Positions 1 through 8,945 of a DNA stretch of 64,000 nt are shown here, piece after piece. This DNA comes from Candidatus Latescibacterota bacterium (GTDB taxonomy: Bacteria > Latescibacterota > UBA2968): assembly GCA_965208125.1 (NCBI GenBank), contig OZ242320.1, forward strand, positions 2,784,001-2,848,000, given 5' to 3'. Within the stretch, counting starts at the first letter, position 1; each line of letters begins with the position of its first letter. The position numbers and the translations under genes are program-made. The notes under the pieces are model-generated. The model was not told the DNA's origin and ran no database searches. It saw nothing but the letters and a program-made list of their open reading frames with translations.

Positions 1-1
1 G

Positions 2-1294
2 ATGAGCGATAGACCGAATATTCTTTTTCTTTTTGCCGATCAGATGCACGCTTTTGCGATGGGGTGTATGGGGACGGAGGATATTCATACGCCAAATCTG
101 GACAAGTTGGCGCGAGAAGGGGTTTTGTTTCGAAATTGTTATTCCAATGCACCGGTTTGTACGCCGTTTCGCGCGACGCTGATTTCGGGGCAGTACGGGT
201 CGCAGACAGATACGTTGCGCAATGGGCGGTATATTCCCGAGGGGACGCGTACACTGGCGGGTGCGCTGAATGATGCGGGATATCGAACCGGTTGGGTGGG
301 TAAGTGGCATTTGGGCGCAACGGGTAATGTGTGGATTCCACCCGAGTTGCGAGCGAATTTTACGGAGTTTATCGGGTATCAGTGCTATAACGATTTTTTG
401 CACAGTGTGAAATTTTACGATGAAGCAGGCGATGAGCATTGGTACGATCATCACCGAACAGATGTGACGAGTGATATTGCGATTGAGCGCATGGAGAAGA
501 TGGTGGAAGACGCGCCTTTCGCGCTGTTTGTGTCTTATCAGAATCCGCATTATCCCGAGCAGCCGGGATACGAATACGACGAGGTGTATCGGGGCGTGAC
601 CCTTGCGCGACGTCCAAATTGCGTGGCGGTTGATCCCTATACGAGAACGCATAGTCCGCCGAGTCCCAAGCCCCAGGAGAACGATCCGGTTTATCAACGC
701 TATGGCAATGATCTGGATGAATATCTGCGTGCGTATTACGCGATGGTGACGCAGTTGGATGCAAATGTGGGGCGGATGATGGATGCGCTGGATCGCATGG
801 GGTTGCGAGATAATACGGTGGTGATGTTTACGTCGGATCACGGGGATTTGCAGGGCAGCCACGGAGAGACGAATAAGGGCAAGGCGTGGGAGGAGTCGAG
901 TCGCATTCCCTTGATTGTTCGCGCACCGGGGGGCGCGGCAGGTGCGGTGGTGGATGATCTGGTATCTGGCGTGGATTTTTTTGCGACGTGTGTAGATTAC
1001 GCTGGAGAATCTCCTGAGCCTTCGGTTGAGGGCGATAGTTTCGCGCCTGTAGTGAGCGACCCTTCTCAGACCTTAGACCGACCGGTGTTTTCAGAGATGC
1101 AACCCTGGTGTATGGTGCGCGAAGGCGCGTTTAAGCTGGTGGTGGAAAAAGAAGGCTTTGAGGCAACACATTTGTTCGATTTGGAAAATGATCCCTACGA
1201 GATGAATAATCTGCTGAACGATTCCAATTATAACGAGAAACAGGCGCATTTGTACGATGTGTTGCAAAATTGGTACAGGCGTGTGAAGAGGTGA
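2..1294 (+). CDS. Sulfatase (formylglycine-dependent, arylsulfatase A family)
   Basis: RPNILFLFADQ N-terminus, CTPFR (CxPxR) motif, GKWHLG and TSDHG motifs. Confidence 0.92.
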   Translation: MSDRPNILFLFADQMHAFAMGCMGTEDIHTPNLDKLAREGVLFRNCYSNAPVCTPFRATLISGQYGSQTDTLRNGRYIPEGTRTLAGALNDAGYRTGWVGKWHLGATGNVWIPPELRANFTEFIGYQCYNDFLHSVKFYDEAGDEHWYDHHRTDVTSDIAIERMEKMVEDAPFALFVSYQNPHYPEQPGYEYDEVYRGVTLARRPNCVAVDPYTRTHSPPSPKPQENDPVYQRYGNDLDEYLRAYYAMVTQLDANVGRMMDALDRMGLRDNTVVMFTSDHGDLQGSHGETNKGKAWEESSRIPLIVRAPGGAAGAVVDDLVSGVDFFATCVDYAGESPEPSVEGDSFAPVVSDPSQTLDRPVFSEMQPWCMVREGAFKLVVEKEGFEATHLFDLENDPYEMNNLLNDSNYNEKQAHLYDVLQNWYRRVKR

Positions 1295-1319
1295 TTGTGG
1301 AGCGTGGTGGGGATAGTGA

Positions 1320-2042
1320 GTGGAACAATGGAGGACTGGCGTGGAGAGATCAAATAGTAAAGGTCCAGATTTGAAATTCTGGTATCGCTTTTCGAGCTAC
1401 AAATACACCGTTCTCACCCTTTCAGTGGTGTTTCTTTTTTTGACAATGCCGTTGTTAGAGCGCGAGGGAGAACATTATTTAATACCGTTTCTTTTTTTAC
1501 CGATTATGGCCGCGGTGCTCTGGACGTTGAGCCTTCATAGGGGGCTATTGGCGTTGTGTTTGGTGCTCGGGGTTCTGGGATTTGGTTTTCATTTAATTGT
1601 CGAGACTATTGATCTGTCTGAGGAAATATCCAGAGTGCTTGAGATGGCAGAGGCGGGTGTTTATAAACTGTTTTACGGGATATGCCTCCTGGTCTTTTTG
1701 CACCGGATTTTCTCTGAGACGACGGTCACAGCAGATACCATCCAGGGGGGGATAGCCATTTATTTTTTGAGTGGCTTGTTGTGGGCATTTTTTTATGAAA
1801 CTCTGTTATTATTTAATCCAGATGCGATTTTGTTTTCGAATCATGTCCTGGGTAAGTTTTCAGATCTAATTTATTTTTCTTTTGTTACAATAACCACTCT
1901 GGGCTATGGGGATATAACGCCTGTGAGCCGAATGGCGAAAAATCTGGCGCTTTTGGAAGCTGTTTGGGGACAAACCTATCTGGCGGTGCTGGTTGCTCGT
2001 CTGGTGGGACTGCATTTAAGTCGCAGCGGTCGATTCGATTGA
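1320..2042 (+). CDS. Potassium channel family membrane protein
   Basis: Multiple TM helices and TITTLGYGD selectivity filter; start uncertain; 3' end overlaps ppk1 by 27 nt. Confidence 0.85.
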   Translation: MEQWRTGVERSNSKGPDLKFWYRFSSYKYTVLTLSVVFLFLTMPLLEREGEHYLIPFLFLPIMAAVLWTLSLHRGLLALCLVLGVLGFGFHLIVETIDLSEEISRVLEMAEAGVYKLFYGICLLVFLHRIFSETTVTADTIQGGIAIYFLSGLLWAFFYETLLLFNPDAILFSNHVLGKFSDLIYFSFVTITTLGYGDITPVSRMAKNLALLEAVWGQTYLAVLVARLVGLHLSRSGRFD

Positions 2043-4136
2043 GGATGGTGTTTGGGCAAAAAAGTCCGGGATATCGACGGGTTCGCCCAGAGACAGATTC
2101 ATGAGCATGTCGTGCATGCAGAATGCAGATTCGTTTTGGGCGGGTTCAATGTGACAGTCCGTCCCATCGGGCAGTAGTTCGCGCGATTTGACATTGTCGG
2201 CAAAGCATGTGCTGAGGAGTTCTGTTTTTATCCGATTGATCAGGTCGGGGTCTTCAATGGGACAAAGCGTTTCTACGCGGCGGCGCAAATTTCGAGGCAT
2301 CCAATCCGCACTGCCGATGTACACATCGGGATTTCCGTCATTTTCAAAGTAATAGACGCGGCTGTGTTCCAGGAATCGCCCGATGATGCTACGCACTCTG
2401 ATGTTGTCGCTTATACCGGGAACCCCCGCACGCAGACAGCATATACCGCGCACAATCAGGTCAATTTGCACGCCGTTTTGCGATGCGCGATACAGCGCGC
2501 GAATGACTTTGGGATCTTGAAGTGAATTCATTTTCGCGACAATACGGGCTGTGCGTCCTTTGCGGGCATGGTGGATTTCGCGGTCGATTTTTTGAAGAAT
2601 AGAATCGAGCATGGTAGAGGGTGCAATGAGAAATTTGCTGACCTGGGGATGTGCAGATTGCGTGGTGAGCAAGTTGAAAACTTCGGCCACATCATTTGTG
2701 ATGTCTTCGCGTGCTGTGAACAATCCCAGGTCCGTATAAAGTCGGGCTGTTGAGGGGTTGTAATTGCCCGTGCCGATGTGGGCGTAGCGGCGTAGCCCGT
2801 TGTTGGCTTCGCGCCTGACCAGCATCGAGAGTTTGCAGTGCGTTTTAAGGCCCACAACCCCATATACGACGCATACACCCGCATCCTGAAGGCGGCGCGC
2901 CCATCGAATATTGGATTCCTCGTCAAATCGCGCTTTGAGTTCAACGACCACAGTTACTTCTTTACCCACCTCTGCTGCGCGGATCAGTGCATCGATAACG
3001 GGCGAATCTTCGCTGGTGCGATAGAGCGTTTGTTTGATGGCGAGCACATCGGGATCGGTTGCCGCTGAATTGACGAATTGAACAACGGGTGTAAAAGCAT
3101 CGTAGGGATGGTGAAGCAACATATCTTTTTGTTTAATCTGGTCAAAGAGGGTATCGACTTCCTCATACGTGTGGTCGGGCGGGTGATAGGGTGAATATTT
3201 CAAATCGGGTCTGGGGGTCGCGCTATAGAGTCCCATTAAACGGTTGAGATTCACCGGTCCGTTGACCTGATACACCTGGTTGTTTTTCAGACTGTATGTC
3301 GATTGTAAGCGCTTGACAAGTGCCCTGCTGGCATCGGCTTCGATTTCGAGGCGGACCGTGTCGCCTTTGCGTCGATTTTGCAATTCGTCTTCAATGGCGA
3401 GCAATAAGTCGTCGGCTTCTTCTTCGTCCAGATAAAGATCGCTGTTTCGGGTGATGCGAAAAGCAGCCGAGTCGAGAATTTGATATCCCCGGAAAAGTTC
3501 GGGAATATGTGCCTGAACAATATCGGCGAGAAAGACAAAGTCGATGCGCTGGCTGTCTTCTTCTCGAGGCAAGCGAATCAGACGCGGCAATAGACGGGGA
3601 ACCTGCACGACGCCGAGCAGTGTTTCACCTTCGCGGTTTTTGAGCAAAAGGGCGATGCAGAGGGCTTTGTTGATCAGGCGTGGCAATGGGTGTGCAGGGC
3701 TTATGGTGAGTGGGGTTAAAACCGGGTAGAGTTCTGCGTGGCAGTAGTCGTCAAGGAAGGATTTTTCGCGTTTGGAAAGCGTGCTGATGGTGCGTATGTG
3801 AACATCTGCATCGCGCAATGCGGGAAGGAGTTCATCATTCCAGCAGGCGTATTGCTCATCGACCATGCGATGGGCTTCTTTTGCAATGGCTGAAATTTGC
3901 TCTTCGGGCAGTAGGCCATCGGGACCGTAGTCGGAAATGCCCGCTTCTACTTGCTGGAGCAGTCCCGCTACGCGCACTTCAAAAAATTCGTCGAGGTTGT
4001 TGGCTACAATGCCCAGGAATTTGACCCGTTCCAACAGGGGATTTTCAGGGGTGCGGGCTTCTTGTAATACGCGCTGATTAAAGCGCAACCACGAAAGTTC
4101 CCTGTTAAAATAGAGACTGGTATCGCCGAGGTCCAT
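2016..4136 (-). CDS. ppk1: Polyphosphate kinase 1
   Basis: YFNRELSWL, NLDEFFEVRV, LLHHPY, ELKARFDEE, GTGNYN, SADWMPRN motifs. Confidence 0.97.
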   Translation of the reverse strand: MDLGDTSLYFNRELSWLRFNQRVLQEARTPENPLLERVKFLGIVANNLDEFFEVRVAGLLQQVEAGISDYGPDGLLPEEQISAIAKEAHRMVDEQYACWNDELLPALRDADVHIRTISTLSKREKSFLDDYCHAELYPVLTPLTISPAHPLPRLINKALCIALLLKNREGETLLGVVQVPRLLPRLIRLPREEDSQRIDFVFLADIVQAHIPELFRGYQILDSAAFRITRNSDLYLDEEEADDLLLAIEDELQNRRKGDTVRLEIEADASRALVKRLQSTYSLKNNQVYQVNGPVNLNRLMGLYSATPRPDLKYSPYHPPDHTYEEVDTLFDQIKQKDMLLHHPYDAFTPVVQFVNSAATDPDVLAIKQTLYRTSEDSPVIDALIRAAEVGKEVTVVVELKARFDEESNIRWARRLQDAGVCVVYGVVGLKTHCKLSMLVRREANNGLRRYAHIGTGNYNPSTARLYTDLGLFTAREDITNDVAEVFNLLTTQSAHPQVSKFLIAPSTMLDSILQKIDREIHHARKGRTARIVAKMNSLQDPKVIRALYRASQNGVQIDLIVRGICCLRAGVPGISDNIRVRSIIGRFLEHSRVYYFENDGNPDVYIGSADWMPRNLRRRVETLCPIEDPDLINRIKTELLSTCFADNVKSRELLPDGTDCHIEPAQNESAFCMHDMLMNLSLGEPVDIPDFFAQTPSSIESTAAT

Positions 4137-4182
4137 AACACACTCCGGGGAAGAGGCGACGGAATTGCGTTAAAGGTCTGGT

Positions 4183-4212
4183 ATTATAATGCGATGGGGG
4201 GCAGATTGTCAA
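4183..4212 (-). promoter_or_regulatory. sigma70-type promoter for ppk1
   Basis: Minus strand TTGACA-N18-TATAAT about 50 nt upstream of the ppk1 start. Confidence 0.75.
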
Positions 4213-4232
4213 ATAAAAACGGCGATCTTGAG

Positions 4233-4274
4233 GAAAAGGTCGGATGGGCAAAAATCCATCCGACCTTTTCTTTT
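4233..4274. terminator. Strong hairpin with U-tracts possible on both strands
   Basis: GAAAAGGTCGGATGG-gcaaaaat-CCATCCGACCTTTTC, a perfect 15-bp inverted repeat. Confidence 0.7.
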
Positions 4275-4325
4275 GAGAAGAGAGTTAGCGGGAAGAATCC
4301 CCGAAGAAAGGATGAAATGGCGTAT

Positions 4326-4391
4326 TTGTAACAAAAATGTCACGTTTTTGTGACCAAAGCGTAACCGTTTTGGAGGCGATTTGTAACATTA
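4326..4391 (+). promoter_or_regulatory. Pho-box-like array (OmpR/PhoB-type 11-bp direct repeats)
   Basis: GTNAC cores at 4328, 4339, 4350, 4361 and 4383, all in 11-bp phase, upstream of porin-pst genes. Confidence 0.8.
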
Positions 4392-4447
4392 TAGCGATAT
4401 CTTATCGCGGAGAACGTCGTTTATTCACCAATTCGGAGGGAGAGCAC

Positions 4448-5401
4448 ATGCGCATTTGTAAAGCAATTTGGGGAATACTGTTGTGTTTGAGTTTTGTATT
4501 GGCAGGACGGGGTGAAGCTGTCGATACCAGACTCCAGGGTGTTATGTTTGCCGATTATTATATCGTCAGAGGAAATGGAGAAGAAGAGAATGGCTTTCGG
4601 TTTCGACGCATTTATCTCACCCATGATCTGAAGTGGAGTGATACCTTTTCTGGACGGGTTCGGCTGGAAGCCAAGGATGCGGGCTTTAATAGTGAGAAAA
4701 AAATAGAACCTTTTGTAAAGCACGCGTATTTGCGCTATCGCAAAAATGGCCATGCGATCTATATGGGGCTGTCGGGTACGCCAACATGGAACGTATCGGA
4801 GTCTGTTTGGGGTTATCGCTCGGTCGAGAAGACCCTCATGGATCGAAAAAAAATTGCCTCTTCTGCTGATTTAGGCATTGCATATCGCACGCGATTAGAT
4901 GAAGCTGGAAAGTTAAATGCCCAGATTATGCTGGCCAATGGCAGTGGGCAGCAGTCCGAGTCAGATCACTACAAGAAAATTTACGGTCTGTTGCATTTTA
5001 ATCCCGGCACTCTAAATGTGACGACTTATGTAGATTGGGAAAAACGCGCAGGCAATCGAGATCGCACGACTTTTGCTACGTTTATTGGGTGGAAAAAGAA
5101 AATTTTCCACGGCGGTTTGGAAGCCTTTATGCACTGGCGCAACCATACCGCACAGATGCGAGGACTTTCACTGTTCGGCTCAGGACAGATTAGCGAGAAG
5201 ATAAAGGTGTTTGCTCGCGGCGATTTCTTTGATCCAGACGATAAGTCTGACGACGATGGGGAATATTGTTTTCTCGGAGGGCTTGACATTGAGCCGGTAA
5301 AGGATATTCACATCATGCCCAATGTGATGGGCACAAATTTTCAGGCTCCAGATGTAGATATTGAGGTGATTCCCCGGCTGACGCTATATGTTAAGTTTTG
5401 A
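4448..5401 (+). CDS. Outer-membrane porin, probably phosphate-related
   Basis: GGAGG RBS before ATG 4448, signal peptide, FRFRRIYL porin-like motif, beta-strand pattern, C-terminal Phe, upstream of pstS. Confidence 0.75.
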   Translation: MRICKAIWGILLCLSFVLAGRGEAVDTRLQGVMFADYYIVRGNGEEENGFRFRRIYLTHDLKWSDTFSGRVRLEAKDAGFNSEKKIEPFVKHAYLRYRKNGHAIYMGLSGTPTWNVSESVWGYRSVEKTLMDRKKIASSADLGIAYRTRLDEAGKLNAQIMLANGSGQQSESDHYKKIYGLLHFNPGTLNVTTYVDWEKRAGNRDRTTFATFIGWKKKIFHGGLEAFMHWRNHTAQMRGLSLFGSGQISEKIKVFARGDFFDPDDKSDDDGEYCFLGGLDIEPVKDIHIMPNVMGTNFQAPDVDIEVIPRLTLYVKF

Positions 5402-5408
5402 GTACAGG

Positions 5409-5447
5409 TTATCACATAAATGTCGTGTTTTTGTCACATGTGTAACG
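5409..5447 (+). promoter_or_regulatory. Pho-box-like repeats upstream of pstS
   Basis: ATCAC/GTCGT/GTCAC at 5411, 5422, 5433 (11-bp phase) plus GTAAC at 5442. Confidence 0.65.
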
Positions 5448-5498
5448 CGATATAGGTTTATTTTTTGTATGCTATCACACTACGCCAAGGGAGATTGA

Positions 5499-6476
5499 AT
5501 GACCAGATTTATTTTTATGATTGCATGTATGGCTGTTTTGATACCGGCTACAGCTCAGGCACAACAAGATTCGCCTGTTTCCGCGTATCAAAAAGTGAGT
5601 GGGATTTCCGGAAGTGCCAATAGCATTGGCTCCGATACGATGAATAATTTGATGACGCTCTGGTTGGAAGGCTTTCGCAAGTACTATCCCAGTGTAACTA
5701 TTCAGGTTGAGGGCAAGGGATCGAGCACGGCGCCTCCCGCACTGATCGAAGGCACCGCGCAATTTGGGCCTATGTCGCGCCCGATGAAGGCTTCGGAAAT
5801 TGACAAGTTTGAAAAGCATTTTGGATATCCCCCTACAGTGTTGCGAACCTCGTTGGATGCACTGGCTATTTTTGTCAATAAAGATAACCCAATTAATGGG
5901 TTGACTTTGCAGCAGGTAGATGCGATTTTTTCCAAGACGCGACGCGGTGAGTACAGGGAAAATGTTACGAGATGGGGACAGTTGGGTCTGGGAGACGATT
6001 GGAAAAATGCCGCATTCAGCCTTTATGGTCGCAATTCCGCGTCGGGCACTTATGGGTTCTTCAAAGATCACGCGCTGTTTAAGGGCGATTTCAAAGATGA
6101 AGTAAAAGAGCAGCCCGGGTCTGCTTCGGTTGTACAGGGTGTGGCCGAAGACAGGTACAGCATTGGTTATAGTGGCATTGGTTACAAGACCTCTGGCGTG
6201 CGTGTCGTACCTCTGGCGCTGGAAACTGGCGAACCCTTTAGAGAGGGTACGATAGAAAATGTGATCGATGGATCTTATCCTCTGGGGCGTTTTTTGTATT
6301 TGTACATCAACAAGGTGCCCAATAAACCACTCGATCCGCTGGTGAGAGAATTTTGTAAATTTATTTTTTCTAAAGAAGGGCAAGAGATTGTCGTTAAAGA
6401 TGGCTATATGCCCGTGCCCTATCAGGTGGTTAAAGAGGAACTCGAGAAGTTACAGTTACCCATCCAAACACCCTAA
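5499..6476 (+). CDS. pstS: Phosphate ABC transporter substrate-binding protein
   Basis: GSDTM, GKGSSTAPPAL, GRNSASGTYGFF motifs; signal peptide. Confidence 0.95.
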   Translation: MTRFIFMIACMAVLIPATAQAQQDSPVSAYQKVSGISGSANSIGSDTMNNLMTLWLEGFRKYYPSVTIQVEGKGSSTAPPALIEGTAQFGPMSRPMKASEIDKFEKHFGYPPTVLRTSLDALAIFVNKDNPINGLTLQQVDAIFSKTRRGEYRENVTRWGQLGLGDDWKNAAFSLYGRNSASGTYGFFKDHALFKGDFKDEVKEQPGSASVVQGVAEDRYSIGYSGIGYKTSGVRVVPLALETGEPFREGTIENVIDGSYPLGRFLYLYINKVPNKPLDPLVREFCKFIFSKEGQEIVVKDGYMPVPYQVVKEELEKLQLPIQTP

Positions 6477-6661
6477 CTGCCAGCGGTGAGACGTTAGAGG
6501 GCCAGCCAACTTCCATCCCAGAGGCGAGAGAAAGCCCCAGCCCCTGTTTCTCACCTCTTATCTATAGCAATCGTCACGCCGGCAGGATTTAATCCGGCGT
6601 CCAGCTTCTACATTACTGCATAGCTAAAACATACTGGATTGCGGCTAAACACCATACCGCG

Positions 6662-8935
6662 ATGACGAGCACCTTTCCCGTCTCACTCTTTATTATGGCA
6701 CTTCCATTGAAACCATTATCAAAGCGACAATTGCCCGGCATCACGCCAAAGGCACGTCTGATGGATCGCACTGGACAGTGGGTGATCACTGCTGGCGGCA
6801 TCGGGGTGATCCTGTCGGTGTTGGGCATTTTTCTTTTTGTGTTGATGGAGTCCTATCCCCTGTTTTTGAAGCCGAGCGTGTCCAGGGTGCATACCTTTGA
6901 TTTTTCGCACCGTCAGCCGGTTCTGTGTACGGGGGTTGACCCCTATCAGGCGGTGATGTTTGTCGTGCATGAAGCGGGGATTGATTTTGTGGATATGACT
7001 ACAAAGTCTGTGACAAAGTCTGTGTATCCCCCAGAACTACAGGGACGGCGTATTCGGGCAGCTTATCGCGCTCTGGATAACACGCATGTTGGTCTGGGGC
7101 TGGAAGACGGTACAATGCTGGGCTGCCGCGTGAATTTTGCCGTGGATTACGATGCGGAGGGAAAACAGATTGTGACGCCGTCTTTTTCTGTTGAGTCGTC
7201 GATGGTTCTAACCGATCAAGCTCTTGCACATCTCGTATTTCGGCACGATGGGGAATCCCGAAGTACGGTACTTGGTATTGCGGATTCCGGGCAACTCGTT
7301 TTGGGAATTTCCGAAACACAGCGCGGTCTTTTGGGCGGTGGTACAACAACAGTTCGCACATACGATTTGACTGATGAGATCAAAGGGCGCGCCAGGGTAG
7401 GTGCTGTGGCAAAATCGGGACGCTATGTTCTGGTGGGCACAGACCGCGGTGAAGTATTTCGGTGGGAAATTGGACGGAGGGGTTCCAATCCCAGGCTGTT
7501 GGATTATTTTCGGGTTTCCGACCAGGAGGTGACTGCGCTGGATTTTGTGCTGGGTGATGTGTCGCTCGTTGTGGGCGATTTGGGTGGTCGCGTATCTGTC
7601 TGGATGCCCGTCAGGGCGAGCGAGGGCGACAATAAAAGGGCGTTCAAAAAGATCCATACTTTGCGGTCTCATCGCGCGGCGGTGGTTGCACTGGCGTCGT
7701 CTGCTCGCGACAAACAGTTTTTATCGGGCGATGTAGCGGGAATGGTTGCATTGCATCACATGACATCGGAACAAACGTTTTTCGAATTGTCCGGTGATGG
7801 CCCCATTCGAGCCATGGCTTTCGCGCCCAAAGTGGATGGCTTTTTGACAGTGAGCGGGTCGGGGCAGGTGACGGATTTCGACCTCCAAAATCCACATCCT
7901 GAAGTGACGTTACAAACGCTTTTTGGCAAAGTGTGGTACGAGGGATATACGGAGTCTCAATACGTGTGGCAATCCACGGGGGGATCGGATGATTTTGAGC
8001 CCAAGTTGAGTATTGTACCTTTGATATTTGGCACATTTAAGGGCACGCTTTACGCCATGTTATTCGCGCTGCCTCTGGCAGTTCTGGCGGCGATTTACAC
8101 ATCGGAATTTGCGTCTCCCAACGTGCGTGGTGTGGTCAAACCCGTGGTGGAGTTGATGGCTTCGCTTCCCAGTGTGATTCTGGGCTTTTTAGCTGGTTTG
8201 TGGTTGGCACCGCTTCTGGAGACGAGGATTGTCGGTGCCCTGTTGTTGTTACCCTGTGTGCCCATTGTGGTGGTGGTATGTGCGTGGGCGTGGAGACAGA
8301 TGTCCGAAGATTTTGCGCGCAGAATACCGGATCACTGGATTCTAACTTTGTTGGCTGGTATCGCGTTGTTCGCGCTCTATCTGTCGTTCGCGCTCGGTCC
8401 GGTAGCTGAGTCGCTTTTGTTTGGCGGCAATTTTCAAGGCTGGCTGCTCGGCACAACGGGTACGCGCTACGATCAGCGCAATTGTCTGGTGGTGGGCTTT
8501 GCGATGGGATTTGCCGTAGTGCCCATTATTTATACGATCTGCGAAGATGCTCTGTCGAGTGTGCCACAGCATCTGCGCGCTGGATCACTCGCGCTTGGCG
8601 CAACGCCTTGGCAAACCGCTATCCGCGTGGTGTTGCCCACGGCGAGCCCGGGTATTTTTTCCGCGACTATGATTGGATTCGGTCGCGCTGTGGGCGAAAC
8701 GATGATTGTGTTGATGGCTACGGGCAATACTCCGATTCTGGATTGGAGCATTTTTAACGGCATGCGCACGATGTCGGCCAATATCGCCGTGGAGATTCCC
8801 GAAGCACCCCATGAAGGTACGCTTTATCGCGTGTTGTTTTTGACAGGGGTTTTGCTGGCGGCGATTACTTTTTTGGTGAATACGCTGGCAGAAGTGGTGC
8901 GGCAGCGTTTGCGCGAGAAGTATAGCAGGATCTGA
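6662..8935 (+). CDS. pstC: Phosphate ABC transporter permease PstC with a large beta-propeller-like periplasmic domain
   Basis: PLIFGTFKGT, SLALGATPWQT, GRAVGETM motifs; WD-like N-terminal region; start may be 6695. Confidence 0.92.
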   Translation: MTSTFPVSLFIMALPLKPLSKRQLPGITPKARLMDRTGQWVITAGGIGVILSVLGIFLFVLMESYPLFLKPSVSRVHTFDFSHRQPVLCTGVDPYQAVMFVVHEAGIDFVDMTTKSVTKSVYPPELQGRRIRAAYRALDNTHVGLGLEDGTMLGCRVNFAVDYDAEGKQIVTPSFSVESSMVLTDQALAHLVFRHDGESRSTVLGIADSGQLVLGISETQRGLLGGGTTTVRTYDLTDEIKGRARVGAVAKSGRYVLVGTDRGEVFRWEIGRRGSNPRLLDYFRVSDQEVTALDFVLGDVSLVVGDLGGRVSVWMPVRASEGDNKRAFKKIHTLRSHRAAVVALASSARDKQFLSGDVAGMVALHHMTSEQTFFELSGDGPIRAMAFAPKVDGFLTVSGSGQVTDFDLQNPHPEVTLQTLFGKVWYEGYTESQYVWQSTGGSDDFEPKLSIVPLIFGTFKGTLYAMLFALPLAVLAAIYTSEFASPNVRGVVKPVVELMASLPSVILGFLAGLWLAPLLETRIVGALLLLPCVPIVVVVCAWAWRQMSEDFARRIPDHWILTLLAGIALFALYLSFALGPVAESLLFGGNFQGWLLGTTGTRYDQRNCLVVGFAMGFAVVPIIYTICEDALSSVPQHLRAGSLALGATPWQTAIRVVLPTASPGIFSATMIGFGRAVGETMIVLMATGNTPILDWSIFNGMRTMSANIAVEIPEAPHEGTLYRVLFLTGVLLAAITFLVNTLAEVVRQRLREKYSRI

Positions 8936-8945
8936 TGTTCTGGAG

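Noticed and set aside
5475-6383. 302-aa - strand ORF
   Set aside because: Antisense to pstS; no independent evidence.
6662-7900. Large propeller-like insertion in PstC as a novelty
   Set aside because: Long PstC/PstA forms with periplasmic domains are already known, for example in Pseudomonas-type pst operons.
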